In this document: positions 19,852-28,436 of the stretch, in pieces
How positions within the stretch are numbered: position 1 is the first letter of the stretch
How the letters are laid out: each line of letters starts with the position of its first letter
Position numbers and translations under genes: made by a program
The notes under the pieces: model-generated
The model's input: the letters and a program-made list of their open reading frames with translations, nothing else
Databases searched by the model: none
Told to the model about the DNA's origin: nothing
Origin: Candidatus Bathyarchaeia archaeon
Lineage (GTDB): Archaea; Thermoproteota; Bathyarchaeia; Bathyarchaeales; Bathycorpusculaceae
Assembly: GCA_049969855.1 (NCBI GenBank)
Contig: JBMFOB010000001.1
Coordinates: 32,001-96,000, forward strand
Reading direction: 5' to 3'
Length of the DNA stretch: 64,000 bases

Positions 19852-20454
19852 TTAGCCTCGTTTCTCCAAAAATTTCAAAACAAATGTTAAAATGTCCTCA
19901 GCAACCTCTGTCTTTGATTTGTTTCCATCTATTTTAACAAGCTCCCCACTCTTAACAAAATCCAAATATACTGAGCGCACTTTTTTCTGAGTTTCCAAAT
20001 CCTCCATAACAGATTTTTTTGACTTTAACCTTTTAATCGCAATGTCGGGTTCAACATCAACAAAAATTGCTAAGTCTGGGCGTATCGCATGTTGGTTTAT
20101 CTCTTTAATCCATTTTAAATCAAGTCCTGCAGCGCCTTGATAAGCCAAGGAAGAATAAACGTAACGGTCAGAAACTACAACTTTTTCTTCGTTTAAGGCT
20201 GGAATGATTTCGTTCTTAACATGTTCGAAGCGGTCTGCGGCGAAGAGCAAAGCTTCAACGATGGCTGAAACTCGTTTTTCACCATGTAAACAATACTTTC
20301 TAATGAACCGCCCAATTTTTCCCGAACTTGGCTCCGCCGTATAAACTGCTGCATAACCAATCTTCCTCAACTTTCTAACGAGAAGTTTCGTTTGTGTTGT
20401 TTTTCCGCATCCGTCTAATCCTTCAACACAGATGAAACAGCCTTTCCCTTTCAT
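19852..20454 (-). CDS. tmk: Thymidylate kinase
   Basis: EGLDGCGKTT, LLFAADR, DRYVYSSLAYQG. Confidence 0.95.
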   Translation of the reverse strand: MKGKGCFICVEGLDGCGKTTQTKLLVRKLRKIGYAAVYTAEPSSGKIGRFIRKYCLHGEKRVSAIVEALLFAADRFEHVKNEIIPALNEEKVVVSDRYVYSSLAYQGAAGLDLKWIKEINQHAIRPDLAIFVDVEPDIAIKRLKSKKSVMEDLETQKKVRSVYLDFVKSGELVKIDGNKSKTEVAEDILTFVLKFLEKRG

Positions 20455-20540
20455 TCTACCAATCCTTTACCGCCTATAGCATTAGACATTATAAGAGCGA
20501 AGATGCATTAATAATTATTTCAGAAAATGGAGAAAAGACG

Positions 20541-21821
20541 ATGCCAAAAAACCATTGGGGAGAAATAAAAGACCCAGTGCACGGATACGTCTACATAACT
20601 GAAGAGGAAAAAGAAATCATTGATTCCTTTCCCGTACAAAGGTTGCGGAGACTGCGCCAACTGGCAGGAGCAGAATATGTTTATCCAGGAGCAAACCACA
20701 CACGATTTGAACATTCTGTAGGCGTCATGTATTTAGCTGGAAGAGTTGCCGAAAACCCTAACATTTCCCAATATACGAGTCAAGAAGAAAGGGAAAGTAT
20801 TAGAATAGCAGCTTTACTTCATGACGTTGGACACGGTCCGTTTTCTCACGTTTTTGAACATTTACTCGAAAAGGAGTTAGAGAAAACACATGAGGACATG
20901 ACGTATTGGATAATTGCAAACAGCGAATTGAAGGACATAATTAAAAAGTTTGGTTATAACCCAGAAGAAATCGGAAAATTGGCTGTTGGAAGACTTCACA
21001 AACCCCAAAAAGCCTTCCTAGACCAAATAATAAGCAGCGCCGTAGATGTAGACAAACTGGACTTTGTTGTAAGGGATACGCATCACACTGGCGCTGAGTA
21101 TGGCTATGTTGACATTTTCAGACTAATCCACGCCTTAGATGTGCTTGGAGAAAATTTGGCTGTTGATTTAGGAGCACTTTCAGCCCTTGAATCCTTCATA
21201 ATAGCAAGAATAGAATCCTTCAAAAGCATATACTTCCACCGCGTTGGAAGAGCCGCACAGATAATGCTCGCCATGGCTATGGAAAAGGCAAATGCAGAGC
21301 TTGGATTAACCCAATTTAAGTCTCCAGAAGAGTATTTGGCTATGGATGATTACACAGTTTGGACACGGCTCAAAAACTGCAAAAAATCAAGCGAAATCAT
21401 AAAAAACCTCGAAAGACGAAAAATGCTCAAATGTGCCTACGAATGGACTTTTTATGAGAAAGACGTGAAAATTTCAAACATTTTCAGCAAAGAGGCACAC
21501 AGAAAGCAACTTCAAATCGACATCGCAAAAAAGGCAGGAATCGAAACAGAAGCAGTAATAATAGATGTACCCACCGTCCCATCAGTTCCATACCACCATT
21601 CAGTCCTAATGGAACCCATGGAAATTCCAGCCTTCTACAAAACAAGAGAAGGCGAAAAAGTTATGCAACGCCTAAGCGACACCTCAAAAATTTTCGAAGT
21701 CCTAAAAGGATTCATAAACATATTACGCGTTTACACGGACGAAGAAAACCGTGAAAAAGTTAGCACCGCAGCGGCAAAGATTTTAGGTGGAACACCAACA
21801 ACAGCAAGAATATCCTATTAA
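20541..21821 (+). CDS. HD-domain phosphohydrolase (SAMHD1/dNTPase-like)
   Basis: DPVHG, QRLRRLRQL, HTRFEHS, LLHDVGHGPFSH, DVDKLD. Confidence 0.92.
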   Translation: MPKNHWGEIKDPVHGYVYITEEEKEIIDSFPVQRLRRLRQLAGAEYVYPGANHTRFEHSVGVMYLAGRVAENPNISQYTSQEERESIRIAALLHDVGHGPFSHVFEHLLEKELEKTHEDMTYWIIANSELKDIIKKFGYNPEEIGKLAVGRLHKPQKAFLDQIISSAVDVDKLDFVVRDTHHTGAEYGYVDIFRLIHALDVLGENLAVDLGALSALESFIIARIESFKSIYFHRVGRAAQIMLAMAMEKANAELGLTQFKSPEEYLAMDDYTVWTRLKNCKKSSEIIKNLERRKMLKCAYEWTFYEKDVKISNIFSKEAHRKQLQIDIAKKAGIETEAVIIDVPTVPSVPYHHSVLMEPMEIPAFYKTREGEKVMQRLSDTSKIFEVLKGFINILRVYTDEENREKVSTAAAKILGGTPTTARISY

Positions 21822-21831
21822 AGTGCGTGAA

Positions 21832-22260
21832 ATGCAGCCAAAAACACTAAAGGGAAGAAGAATCGTTGAGGGACACTGCAAAGCAGAAGCCCTCGTATCC
21901 AATAAACCAATAAGTTTTCTTGGAGGAGTAGACCCAGCTGACGGAAAAATAATAGAAAGAGACCACGATTTATATGGAGAGTGCATAAAGGATAAGGTTT
22001 TGTGTTTTCCAAATGGACACGGCTCAACAGTCGGTAGCTACGTGTTATATTCCTTAGCTAAGAAAAAATGTGCACCAAAAGCCATAATCAATCAGACCGC
22101 TGACCCTGTTGTTGTGGTTGGAGCCATAATAGCGAACATTCCCATGGTGGACCAAATAGACATTAAACAGATAACAACAGGCGATGTGGTTGAGGTTGAC
22201 GCATATAAGGGCTTTGTTAAAATTTGGAAAGGGAAAGGGGCAAAGCAAGCATGTATTTGA
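21832..22260 (+). CDS. Aconitase X swivel subunit (DUF126; phosphomevalonate dehydratase small subunit)
   Basis: PISFLGGVDP, GHGSTVGSYVLY; start moved to ATG 21832. Confidence 0.88.
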   Translation: MQPKTLKGRRIVEGHCKAEALVSNKPISFLGGVDPADGKIIERDHDLYGECIKDKVLCFPNGHGSTVGSYVLYSLAKKKCAPKAIINQTADPVVVVGAIIANIPMVDQIDIKQITTGDVVEVDAYKGFVKIWKGKGAKQACI

Positions 22261-23426
22261 CAAAGGAAGAAGAACACATATACGACGGCGAGTTTGGCTG
22301 GGCAAACGAAATATGCATGAAAATACTTGTCCGTCTGGGCGAACTTTTCAAAGCCTCAAAGCTTATTCCAATAAGTTCCTCCCATGTTTCAGGAGTTTCT
22401 TACAAAACCTTAGGGGATGCACCAACAGAATTCCTGAAAGCTCTGGCGGACGCTGGCGCAAAAGTAAAAGTTAAATCAACACTAAATCCTCAAAGCCTTG
22501 ATTGCGAATTTCTCTGCAAAAGGCTTCCATCCAATTTATGCGAAAAACAGTTGGATGTTCTGAATTATTTTGAGAAGATGGGTTTTACGCAATCATTGAC
22601 ATGCACGCCATACTATTTGGAAAAGCAAAAAAGAGGTGCTCATCTGGCATGGGCTGAATCATCCGCAGTGATTTATGCAAATTCTGTCATTGGAGCATGG
22701 ACAAACCGTGAAGGGGGACCAAGTGCTCTTGCAGCAGCAATAATAGGAAAAACACCAGATTATGGAATACACCAGCCTGAAAATAGACAACCAAAGGTTT
22801 TAGTGAAACTGGAAAAACCATTAACAAAAGAAATAGAGTTTGGCGCCCTGGGAATTTTTCTCGGCGAAATCTTGAAAGACGAAATTCCAATAATACAAGG
22901 TTTACAAAAAGCTTCAAAAGACAACCTAAAACAGTTGGGAGCAGCCCTCGCATCTGCTGGAATGACAAACATGTTCTACCATAAAGACACAAACACAAAA
23001 ATCAGCGAAGTTGAAAAGATAAACGTGCAAGCTGAAGACTTGAAAAGAACCATTGAAAAACTAATCACAACATCCACACAAAAACCAGACCTAATTTTTA
23101 TAGGATGCCCCCACTGTTCCCTAAATGAAATCAGACAAACAGCAGAGTGGATAGGCAATAGAAAAATCAAAAACAAAACAGAATTTTGGGTTTGCACATC
23201 ACACCACATAAAAGAAAAATCCAAAAAATATGTGGAAAAAATAGAAAAAAGCGGAGGTCACGTTCTCACGAACACATGTGCCGTTGTAACATGGACAGAA
23301 AAGCTAGGAATAAAAACAATAATGACAAACTCCGCAAAAACAGCCCATTATGCACCCACACTAAACAAGGCAGAAACAATACTTGCACCACTAAAAGAGT
23401 GCATAAAAAGAGCTTGTATGGGATAA
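22251..23426 (+). CDS. Aconitase X catalytic subunit (DUF521; phosphomevalonate dehydratase large subunit)
   Basis: MYLTKEEE, HVSGVSY, TCTPY, WAESSA, TNREGGPS, GCPH, TNSAK. Confidence 0.9.
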   Translation: MYLTKEEEHIYDGEFGWANEICMKILVRLGELFKASKLIPISSSHVSGVSYKTLGDAPTEFLKALADAGAKVKVKSTLNPQSLDCEFLCKRLPSNLCEKQLDVLNYFEKMGFTQSLTCTPYYLEKQKRGAHLAWAESSAVIYANSVIGAWTNREGGPSALAAAIIGKTPDYGIHQPENRQPKVLVKLEKPLTKEIEFGALGIFLGEILKDEIPIIQGLQKASKDNLKQLGAALASAGMTNMFYHKDTNTKISEVEKINVQAEDLKRTIEKLITTSTQKPDLIFIGCPHCSLNEIRQTAEWIGNRKIKNKTEFWVCTSHHIKEKSKKYVEKIEKSGGHVLTNTCAVVTWTEKLGIKTIMTNSAKTAHYAPTLNKAETILAPLKECIKRACMG

Positions 23427-23472
23427 GGTTTATTCGAGTGAAAAAGCATCTTGCATGATGCCACAAAAGAAA

Positions 23473-23547
23473 GCTCCGGTAGTATAGCCCGGTCAAGTAT
23501 TCCGGCCTTTCGAGCCGGAGACGCGGGTCCGAATCCCGCCCGGAGCA
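23473..23547 (+). tRNA. tRNA-Glu(TTC)
   Basis: GCTCCGG...CCGGC CT TTC GA GCCGG...GCGGG TCCGAAT CCCGC CCGGAGC A cloverleaf; T-loop reads TCC rather than TTC. Confidence 0.93.
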
Positions 23548-23691
23548 CTCCAAATCTGAGCGTATTTTAGGCGTATTTTGGTTAAAAAAGCTCAATTCGA
23601 GCAGTTTCTAAAAGAGGCTAAAATTAGAACACGAATTTACCGGCAAAAAATAATGCTACTAATAATCTACTATGAACTTTCATAACATAGT

Positions 23692-23967
23692 CTAGCATCG
23701 ATGTGTAGAATTTCTTAATAACTCTTTTGCTTCGCGATAATGGTATAAAAGCAATTTACCTTTCTCTGTTATTTCGTAAACCACACGGTTTTCTTGCTCA
23801 AGTTCCCTTATTAGATCCAACTTCATTAACAAGGTCATGTATTTTTGGAGTTGGCTAAAACTCACATTGGCTCTATACATTATATGCGTTTTTGTAATAG
23901 TCTTTCCTGTTTCAATAGCCTCTAAAATTTGAGCACATATTTCTAAGTGTGATCTTCGCATCGACAT
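23692..23967 (-). CDS. Winged HTH protein (HTH_45-like)
   Basis: RRSHLEI..ILE...KTHIMYRANVS...YEITEKG. Confidence 0.88.
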   Translation of the reverse strand: MSMRRSHLEICAQILEAIETGKTITKTHIMYRANVSFSQLQKYMTLLMKLDLIRELEQENRVVYEITEKGKLLLYHYREAKELLRNSTHRC

Positions 23968-24117
23968 TGTTGATTCCTTTTTCTTATAGAAGATAATTCA
24001 TTAACAATATTCTGTAATAGTGTTCCATAATGTTTATTATCAGAAAGCTTCTTTTAAACTTTTGCAGATAGTTCCTGGTCGGGATTATCTGTCAAGGTAC
24101 CATATTAAATATGTTGT

Positions 24118-25164
24118 TTATTTTAACAAGTTCTGAGTTTTTACTCTTAATTCTTTAACTGACAATATTTCTATATCAAACATATCTTTGAAGGAAGTTG
24201 CTCTTTTCTTAGACTCTTCTCCGGCGTATACGTATACATCGCCATCCCTTATCTTCCTTGAGTCCAGAGTTCTATCAAATCCTTGAAACGCCCCGCCCTT
24301 GGAACAAGCATATGCGGCAGCACTTACGATTGGTTCTCCACTAAGATCAGAAATACGTATTCCTTCAATGTCTATAAAAATTATGGGATGTGCAAGAAAG
24401 TTATCTGGAGGAATTTCTTGTTTGCTGTACCATCTAATTTTTGATAAAACTCCTTGATCAAGAAATCTTGTTTCAACAGGAAAATCGTAGTTTCCCCACA
24501 CCTCTTCTATGTTTTCGGGTGTTAGCCACAATTTTCTATCCCAAAGCTTTTTCTCCGTTAAATAAGTCAGCATATCCGCCACAGAAATAAACTCGTTGCA
24601 TTCATCACCCTTTGGATAGATTTTTGGAGTAGTGTGCTCTGTTAAATCGCGCCAAGCTGTAGTTTGTTTACTTGAAAAGCCATCTATTAAGTATATGTTA
24701 GTTTCTGATCGATGCCTGCCACTATACGACCATGCGGTTGTGTAAGAAAACATAGGAGTTAGAGAACGAAGAAATTTCATTGTAGGAATTTCTTCTATGG
24801 GACAACCATACCCTCCAACGGAGACTGATTTTATATCATTAGGTGGAAGGACCACATATGAACAAAAAATACTCTCAATAACATCTTGAAGTTCAGTCAC
24901 TATTTCATCACAAAATCTTATGGCTTTTGCATGACCTATTTCCTTCCATAGGGTGCTATGAGAATAAACAAGCCGTTTTGTTGGGACATTAAATTTCTTT
25001 ATAAGATTTTTCCGCGAATTATGATAATTTGATTTAAAATCTTCTTCTTTTCCGTTCTTAATAATCACGCCAATACCAAGAGGAGTGAAGAAAACTGTTT
25101 CTTTTTGTTCTTCAACTTTCTTCCAACGAGAAAATTCGCCGACATCAAAGGCTGCAATTGTCAT
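24118..25164 (-). CDS. Hypothetical protein, possibly RNase H-fold (DUF3800-like)
   Basis: N-terminal AAFDVGE, internal LIDG and ISVADML resemble the D-E..D..AD catalytic layout (inference). Confidence 0.6.
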   Translation of the reverse strand: MTIAAFDVGEFSRWKKVEEQKETVFFTPLGIGVIIKNGKEEDFKSNYHNSRKNLIKKFNVPTKRLVYSHSTLWKEIGHAKAIRFCDEIVTELQDVIESIFCSYVVLPPNDIKSVSVGGYGCPIEEIPTMKFLRSLTPMFSYTTAWSYSGRHRSETNIYLIDGFSSKQTTAWRDLTEHTTPKIYPKGDECNEFISVADMLTYLTEKKLWDRKLWLTPENIEEVWGNYDFPVETRFLDQGVLSKIRWYSKQEIPPDNFLAHPIIFIDIEGIRISDLSGEPIVSAAAYACSKGGAFQGFDRTLDSRKIRDGDVYVYAGEESKKRATSFKDMFDIEILSVKELRVKTQNLLK

Positions 25165-25231
25165 AATTTACATTGAGCTTTCCTTCAAAATAAATTTTTC
25201 ATTATTGAAATGAATGCCCAGTAACAGGGAT

Positions 25232-25320
25232 GTTTGAAAACCCAACTGCACTGAGCATATTTTGTGGTAAACTTGAGCGCAAATTCTGCTTCGGACATTC
25301 CAAATTAGAGCTTATTTTAG
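25232..25320 (+). repeat. att-like site 1 (degenerate)
   Basis: ATATTTTGTGGTAA, 13 nt, then TTCTGCTTCGGACATTCCAAAT (14/22 vs tRNA-Glu 3' end plus flank); the downstream flank resembles 23548-23625. Confidence 0.7.
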
Positions 25321-25424
25321 CCAACAAAGCTCGATTTTGGCAGTTTGTATGCTAGAAGCCCAAATAACAAGACTACAGTAAGCTTTAAGATTTCTATTGT
25401 TGGATTGAATATGGAGGTATTTGA

Positions 25425-26351
25425 ATGGCTGTAAGTAAGCTAAATCGAGTCCCAGTTCGTCAGGTTTGGAAAAATGAAGAAAAAGACTTTACGCCATGGC
25501 TTGCGAAGAATATTGAAATTCTAGGAGAAACTCTTGGAATGCCACTTTCCGTCGTGGAGAAGGAAACTGATGTAGGTGAATCTTTTGAGGCAGATATTCT
25601 TGCGGAAGGTAAGGATGGCATACCAGTGGTAATTGAAAATCAATTTGGGAAGACAGACCATGATCACTTAGGAAAACTAATTACATACTCCACAAACTTG
25701 GAGGCTAAAATAGCTATATGGATATGCGAAAATCCTCAACCAGAGCATGTAGCAGCAATTGATTGGTTAAACAAGAACACTTCAGGCGATATATCCTTTT
25801 ACTTAATCAAACTCGAAGCTTTCCAAATTAATGGTTCTCCGGTGGCACCACATTTTTCTATAATCTCTGAACCAAGCAAAGTAATAAGAGAAGCCGGCGA
25901 AATGAAAGAAGAGCTTGCAGAAAGACATATCAAAAGACTTGAGTTTTGGAGACAACTTTTAGAAAAAAGCAGTCTGGACATCTTCTCAAACGTGTCGCCC
26001 AGCAAGGATCACTGGATAGCAGCAGGCGCTGGTAAAAGCGGGCTCTCATACAATTATGTTATATTAATGAATTCTGCGAGGGTCGAGTTCTACATAAGTA
26101 CACCGGATGCTGCAAAGAATAAGAAAATATTTGACGAGCTGTATAAAAGAAGACAAGAGATTGAAAAAGACTTTGGTGAAGAGTTGGAATGGCAACGTCT
26201 CGATGACAAAACAGCGTCTCGTGTAGCAAAAACAGTTTCGCAAAAAGGATTGATGAATGTGGAGGAGTGGTCAGATATTCAAAGCAAAATGATTGACGCT
26301 ATGCGTAGACTTGAAAAAGCAATAAGCAAGCACATAAAAACAATAGGTTAG
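25425..26351 (+). CDS. DUF4268 protein with N-terminal PD-(D/E)xK-like nuclease domain
   Basis: VWKNEEKDFTPWL, ADIL...VIENQ, TDHDHLGKLITY; C-terminal EFW...ELEWQRL; GGAGG RBS. Confidence 0.85.
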   Translation: MAVSKLNRVPVRQVWKNEEKDFTPWLAKNIEILGETLGMPLSVVEKETDVGESFEADILAEGKDGIPVVIENQFGKTDHDHLGKLITYSTNLEAKIAIWICENPQPEHVAAIDWLNKNTSGDISFYLIKLEAFQINGSPVAPHFSIISEPSKVIREAGEMKEELAERHIKRLEFWRQLLEKSSLDIFSNVSPSKDHWIAAGAGKSGLSYNYVILMNSARVEFYISTPDAAKNKKIFDELYKRRQEIEKDFGEELEWQRLDDKTASRVAKTVSQKGLMNVEEWSDIQSKMIDAMRRLEKAISKHIKTIG

Positions 26352-26398
26352 GAACAGAAAAATAGAAAACCCATGAATAATAATATTAAACAATTAGA

Positions 26399-26486
26399 GT
26401 TTCAAACCCCGCAATGCTCAGAGATATTTTACTGGTAATTTCGTGCGCCGTTCCCGCCCGGAGCACTCCAAATTTAGGTTTATTTT
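26399..26486 (+). repeat. att-like site 2 (intact)
   Basis: TTTTACTGGTAA, 13 nt, then TCCCGCCCGGAGCACTCCAAAT (26452-26473), 22/22 identical to 23534-23555. Confidence 0.92.
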
Positions 26487-26531
26487 AAGCAGGTTTAGTG
26501 GCGAAATCCTCATTTGATTTAGAATTGGATA

Positions 26532-26783
26532 TTAGTAGACACGTTTGCGATGGCCCACAACTAACAAAAATACTTCATTTTTCTTAACTTGATAAAGAAC
26601 TCGGTAATCCCCTATTCTTAAAGAGTAAACGCCTTTCCATTCGCCGCGTAAAGGCTTTCCTACGTAAGGGTTAGTCTTTAATATTTTGATCTCTTGAAGT
26701 ATCCGTACTTGAATTTTTCTGTCTAAAGCTTCAATGTTCTTTAAGAAACGCGGCGTAAACCGAACTTCAAATTTCGCCTTCAA
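26532..26783 (-). CDS. RelE/ParE family toxin
   Basis: NPYVGKPLRG..YSLRIGDYRVLY..VGHRKRVY. Confidence 0.92.
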   Translation of the reverse strand: MKAKFEVRFTPRFLKNIEALDRKIQVRILQEIKILKTNPYVGKPLRGEWKGVYSLRIGDYRVLYQVKKNEVFLLVVGHRKRVY

Positions 26784-26976
26784 GGTTTAACTCTCTTACA
26801 AGCTCATCCAATGGTTTAGCCTTGCCCTCTTCAACCTCTCTTAAGGCAATCTTCAAATCTTTGACAAGTTTCTTGTCTTGCAGGACTTCAAGAGTTTCTA
26901 ATAGCTCATCCATTAAACTGGCAGCTTTTGTTAGCAGTTCTTTCTCTTCCGCTGTTAAAAGAGGCATACCTCTCAC
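26767..26976 (-). CDS. Cognate antitoxin (RelB/Phd C-terminal-like)
   Basis: Acidic ELLETLEVLQD..L..ALREVEEG; overlaps the toxin start. Confidence 0.8.
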   Translation of the reverse strand: MRGMPLLTAEEKELLTKAASLMDELLETLEVLQDKKLVKDLKIALREVEEGKAKPLDELVRELNLEGEI

Positions 26977-27045
26977 AAACCTTCAGAATATAAAATCTCC
27001 GCAGACATTTTAACTCTTACTCTTAAAATCGGATTAGCAAATGTG

Positions 27046-27086
27046 TTTACTGGTAATTTTGTGCGTCGTTTCCGTCCTGGGCACTC
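27046..27086 (+). repeat. att-like site 3
   Basis: TTTACTGGTAA, 13 nt, then TTCCGTCCTGGGCACTC (13/17 vs tRNA-Glu 3' end plus flank); collinear with site 2. Confidence 0.85.
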
Positions 27087-27091
27087 TGCTT

Positions 27092-28297
27092 TTATAGTAA
27101 TGTGCTTGCATTTTTTGCCAGCACGGGTATTTCGTTCTTTTTTATATTTATAAGATCAAGGTATTTCATAGCATTACCGGTTAAATACAAAAGCACACTT
27201 TCATTCTTATCAATTGCACCGTCGTTTCCAAGTTTGTTTAATGCTGGGAGGGGTGCGGAGGCTTCTGGACATGCATATATGCCGTTCTTGAGAAAAATTT
27301 TCATCGCGTTGATTATTTCTGTGTCATCTACTGCTACTGCCATGCCCTTCGTTTCCCTTATCGCCCGCAATACAAGATAGCTTGCGTAGGGACGGGGAAC
27401 CCTTAAACCCGCAGCTATAGTTTCAGCGTTTTCCCAAGCTTCTTTCACTTCCGCCTCTCCACTATTATATGCCTTGACTAATGGGGCACAACCAGAAGAT
27501 TGAACTATTATTAGGCGTGGAATCTTTTCCGTCCAGCCGAGCTCAATTAAATCTTTGAAACCTTTCCATAAACCTATGATTCCTTCGCCTCCGCCTGTCG
27601 GGAAAATTATGTTGTCTGGCAGATTCCAATTGAATTGTTCTGCGATTTCAAATGCCATGGCTTTGTAACCTTCGTATCTATATGGTTGCTTGTTAGTTGA
27701 AACGTCCAGCCATCCGTAATCTTTTCCAAATTTTTTCACCATTTCTGCGGCGTCATTTATCAAACCGTCAACAAGGTATACCTTGGCGCCCATGGAAATG
27801 CATTCTTTAATATTGCTTTCCGGCACATCTTTCGGCATAAAAACATAAACTTCCATTCCAGCCTTCGCTCCATAAGCAGCCAAAGCTGCAGCAGCATTTC
27901 CAGCAGACGGAAGGGCAACACGGTTTATGTTTAACTCTTTAAGTTTGGAAACTGCCACAGCCATACCTCTGGCTTTAAAGGTTCCAGTTGGAAGCCGCCC
28001 ATCATCCTTCAAAAACACGTTTGAAACTGCACTGTTATCTTTCCGAAATTGGAGTATAGGCGTATAGGGTTCTCCCAAAGAAACTATATTATCAGGCGAT
28101 GACAGCGGAAGTAATTCTTTGAACTTCCAAAACGTATCTGCTCTATTCTCTAAATCACGTTTAGAAATCTTCTTGGCAATTCTTGATAAATCATATTGGA
28201 ACAGAAGTGCTCCGCCACATTTTGGGCATATTGTTAAAATGTTGTCTGATGGGAAAACTTTTCCACATCTGCTACATTCAGCCCCAAGTATGAACAT
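27092..28297 (-). CDS. thrC: Threonine synthase-like PLP enzyme
   Basis: N-terminal CSRC/CPKC, LPTGTFKARG, SAGNA, PTGGGEG; substrate not certain. Confidence 0.8.
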   Translation of the reverse strand: MFILGAECSRCGKVFPSDNILTICPKCGGALLFQYDLSRIAKKISKRDLENRADTFWKFKELLPLSSPDNIVSLGEPYTPILQFRKDNSAVSNVFLKDDGRLPTGTFKARGMAVAVSKLKELNINRVALPSAGNAAAALAAYGAKAGMEVYVFMPKDVPESNIKECISMGAKVYLVDGLINDAAEMVKKFGKDYGWLDVSTNKQPYRYEGYKAMAFEIAEQFNWNLPDNIIFPTGGGEGIIGLWKGFKDLIELGWTEKIPRLIIVQSSGCAPLVKAYNSGEAEVKEAWENAETIAAGLRVPRPYASYLVLRAIRETKGMAVAVDDTEIINAMKIFLKNGIYACPEASAPLPALNKLGNDGAIDKNESVLLYLTGNAMKYLDLINIKKNEIPVLAKNASTLL

Positions 28298-28436
28298 GTA
28301 TTCTCCCAGTTAATTGTAGAAGAGAAATCCTTTAAGTTTACTGTGAAAAAACGCTTGAACGCTGTGCATATTACATAAGACTCATATAGAAGGTTGTTTT
28401 ATTCGATAAATCTTCAAATCTTTAAAGTGATGAAAA

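Larger units (their letters stand above)
23534..27086. mobile_element. Tandem integrated cassette array at tRNA-Glu (no integrase in window)
   Basis: The tRNA 3' end plus flank is re-iterated at 25284, 26452 and 27070, delimiting three cargo units. Confidence 0.75.

Noticed and set aside
23534-27086. CRISPR array interpretation of the repeats
   Set aside because: The spacing is 0.6-1.75 kb with whole genes between copies; no cas genes or regularly spaced repeats are seen in the window.
27092-28297. Threonine synthase as a fourth cassette
   Set aside because: It lies beyond the last att-like site and no further tRNA-Glu fragment was found after it; GTTTACTGTGAA near 28337 is not followed by a core.
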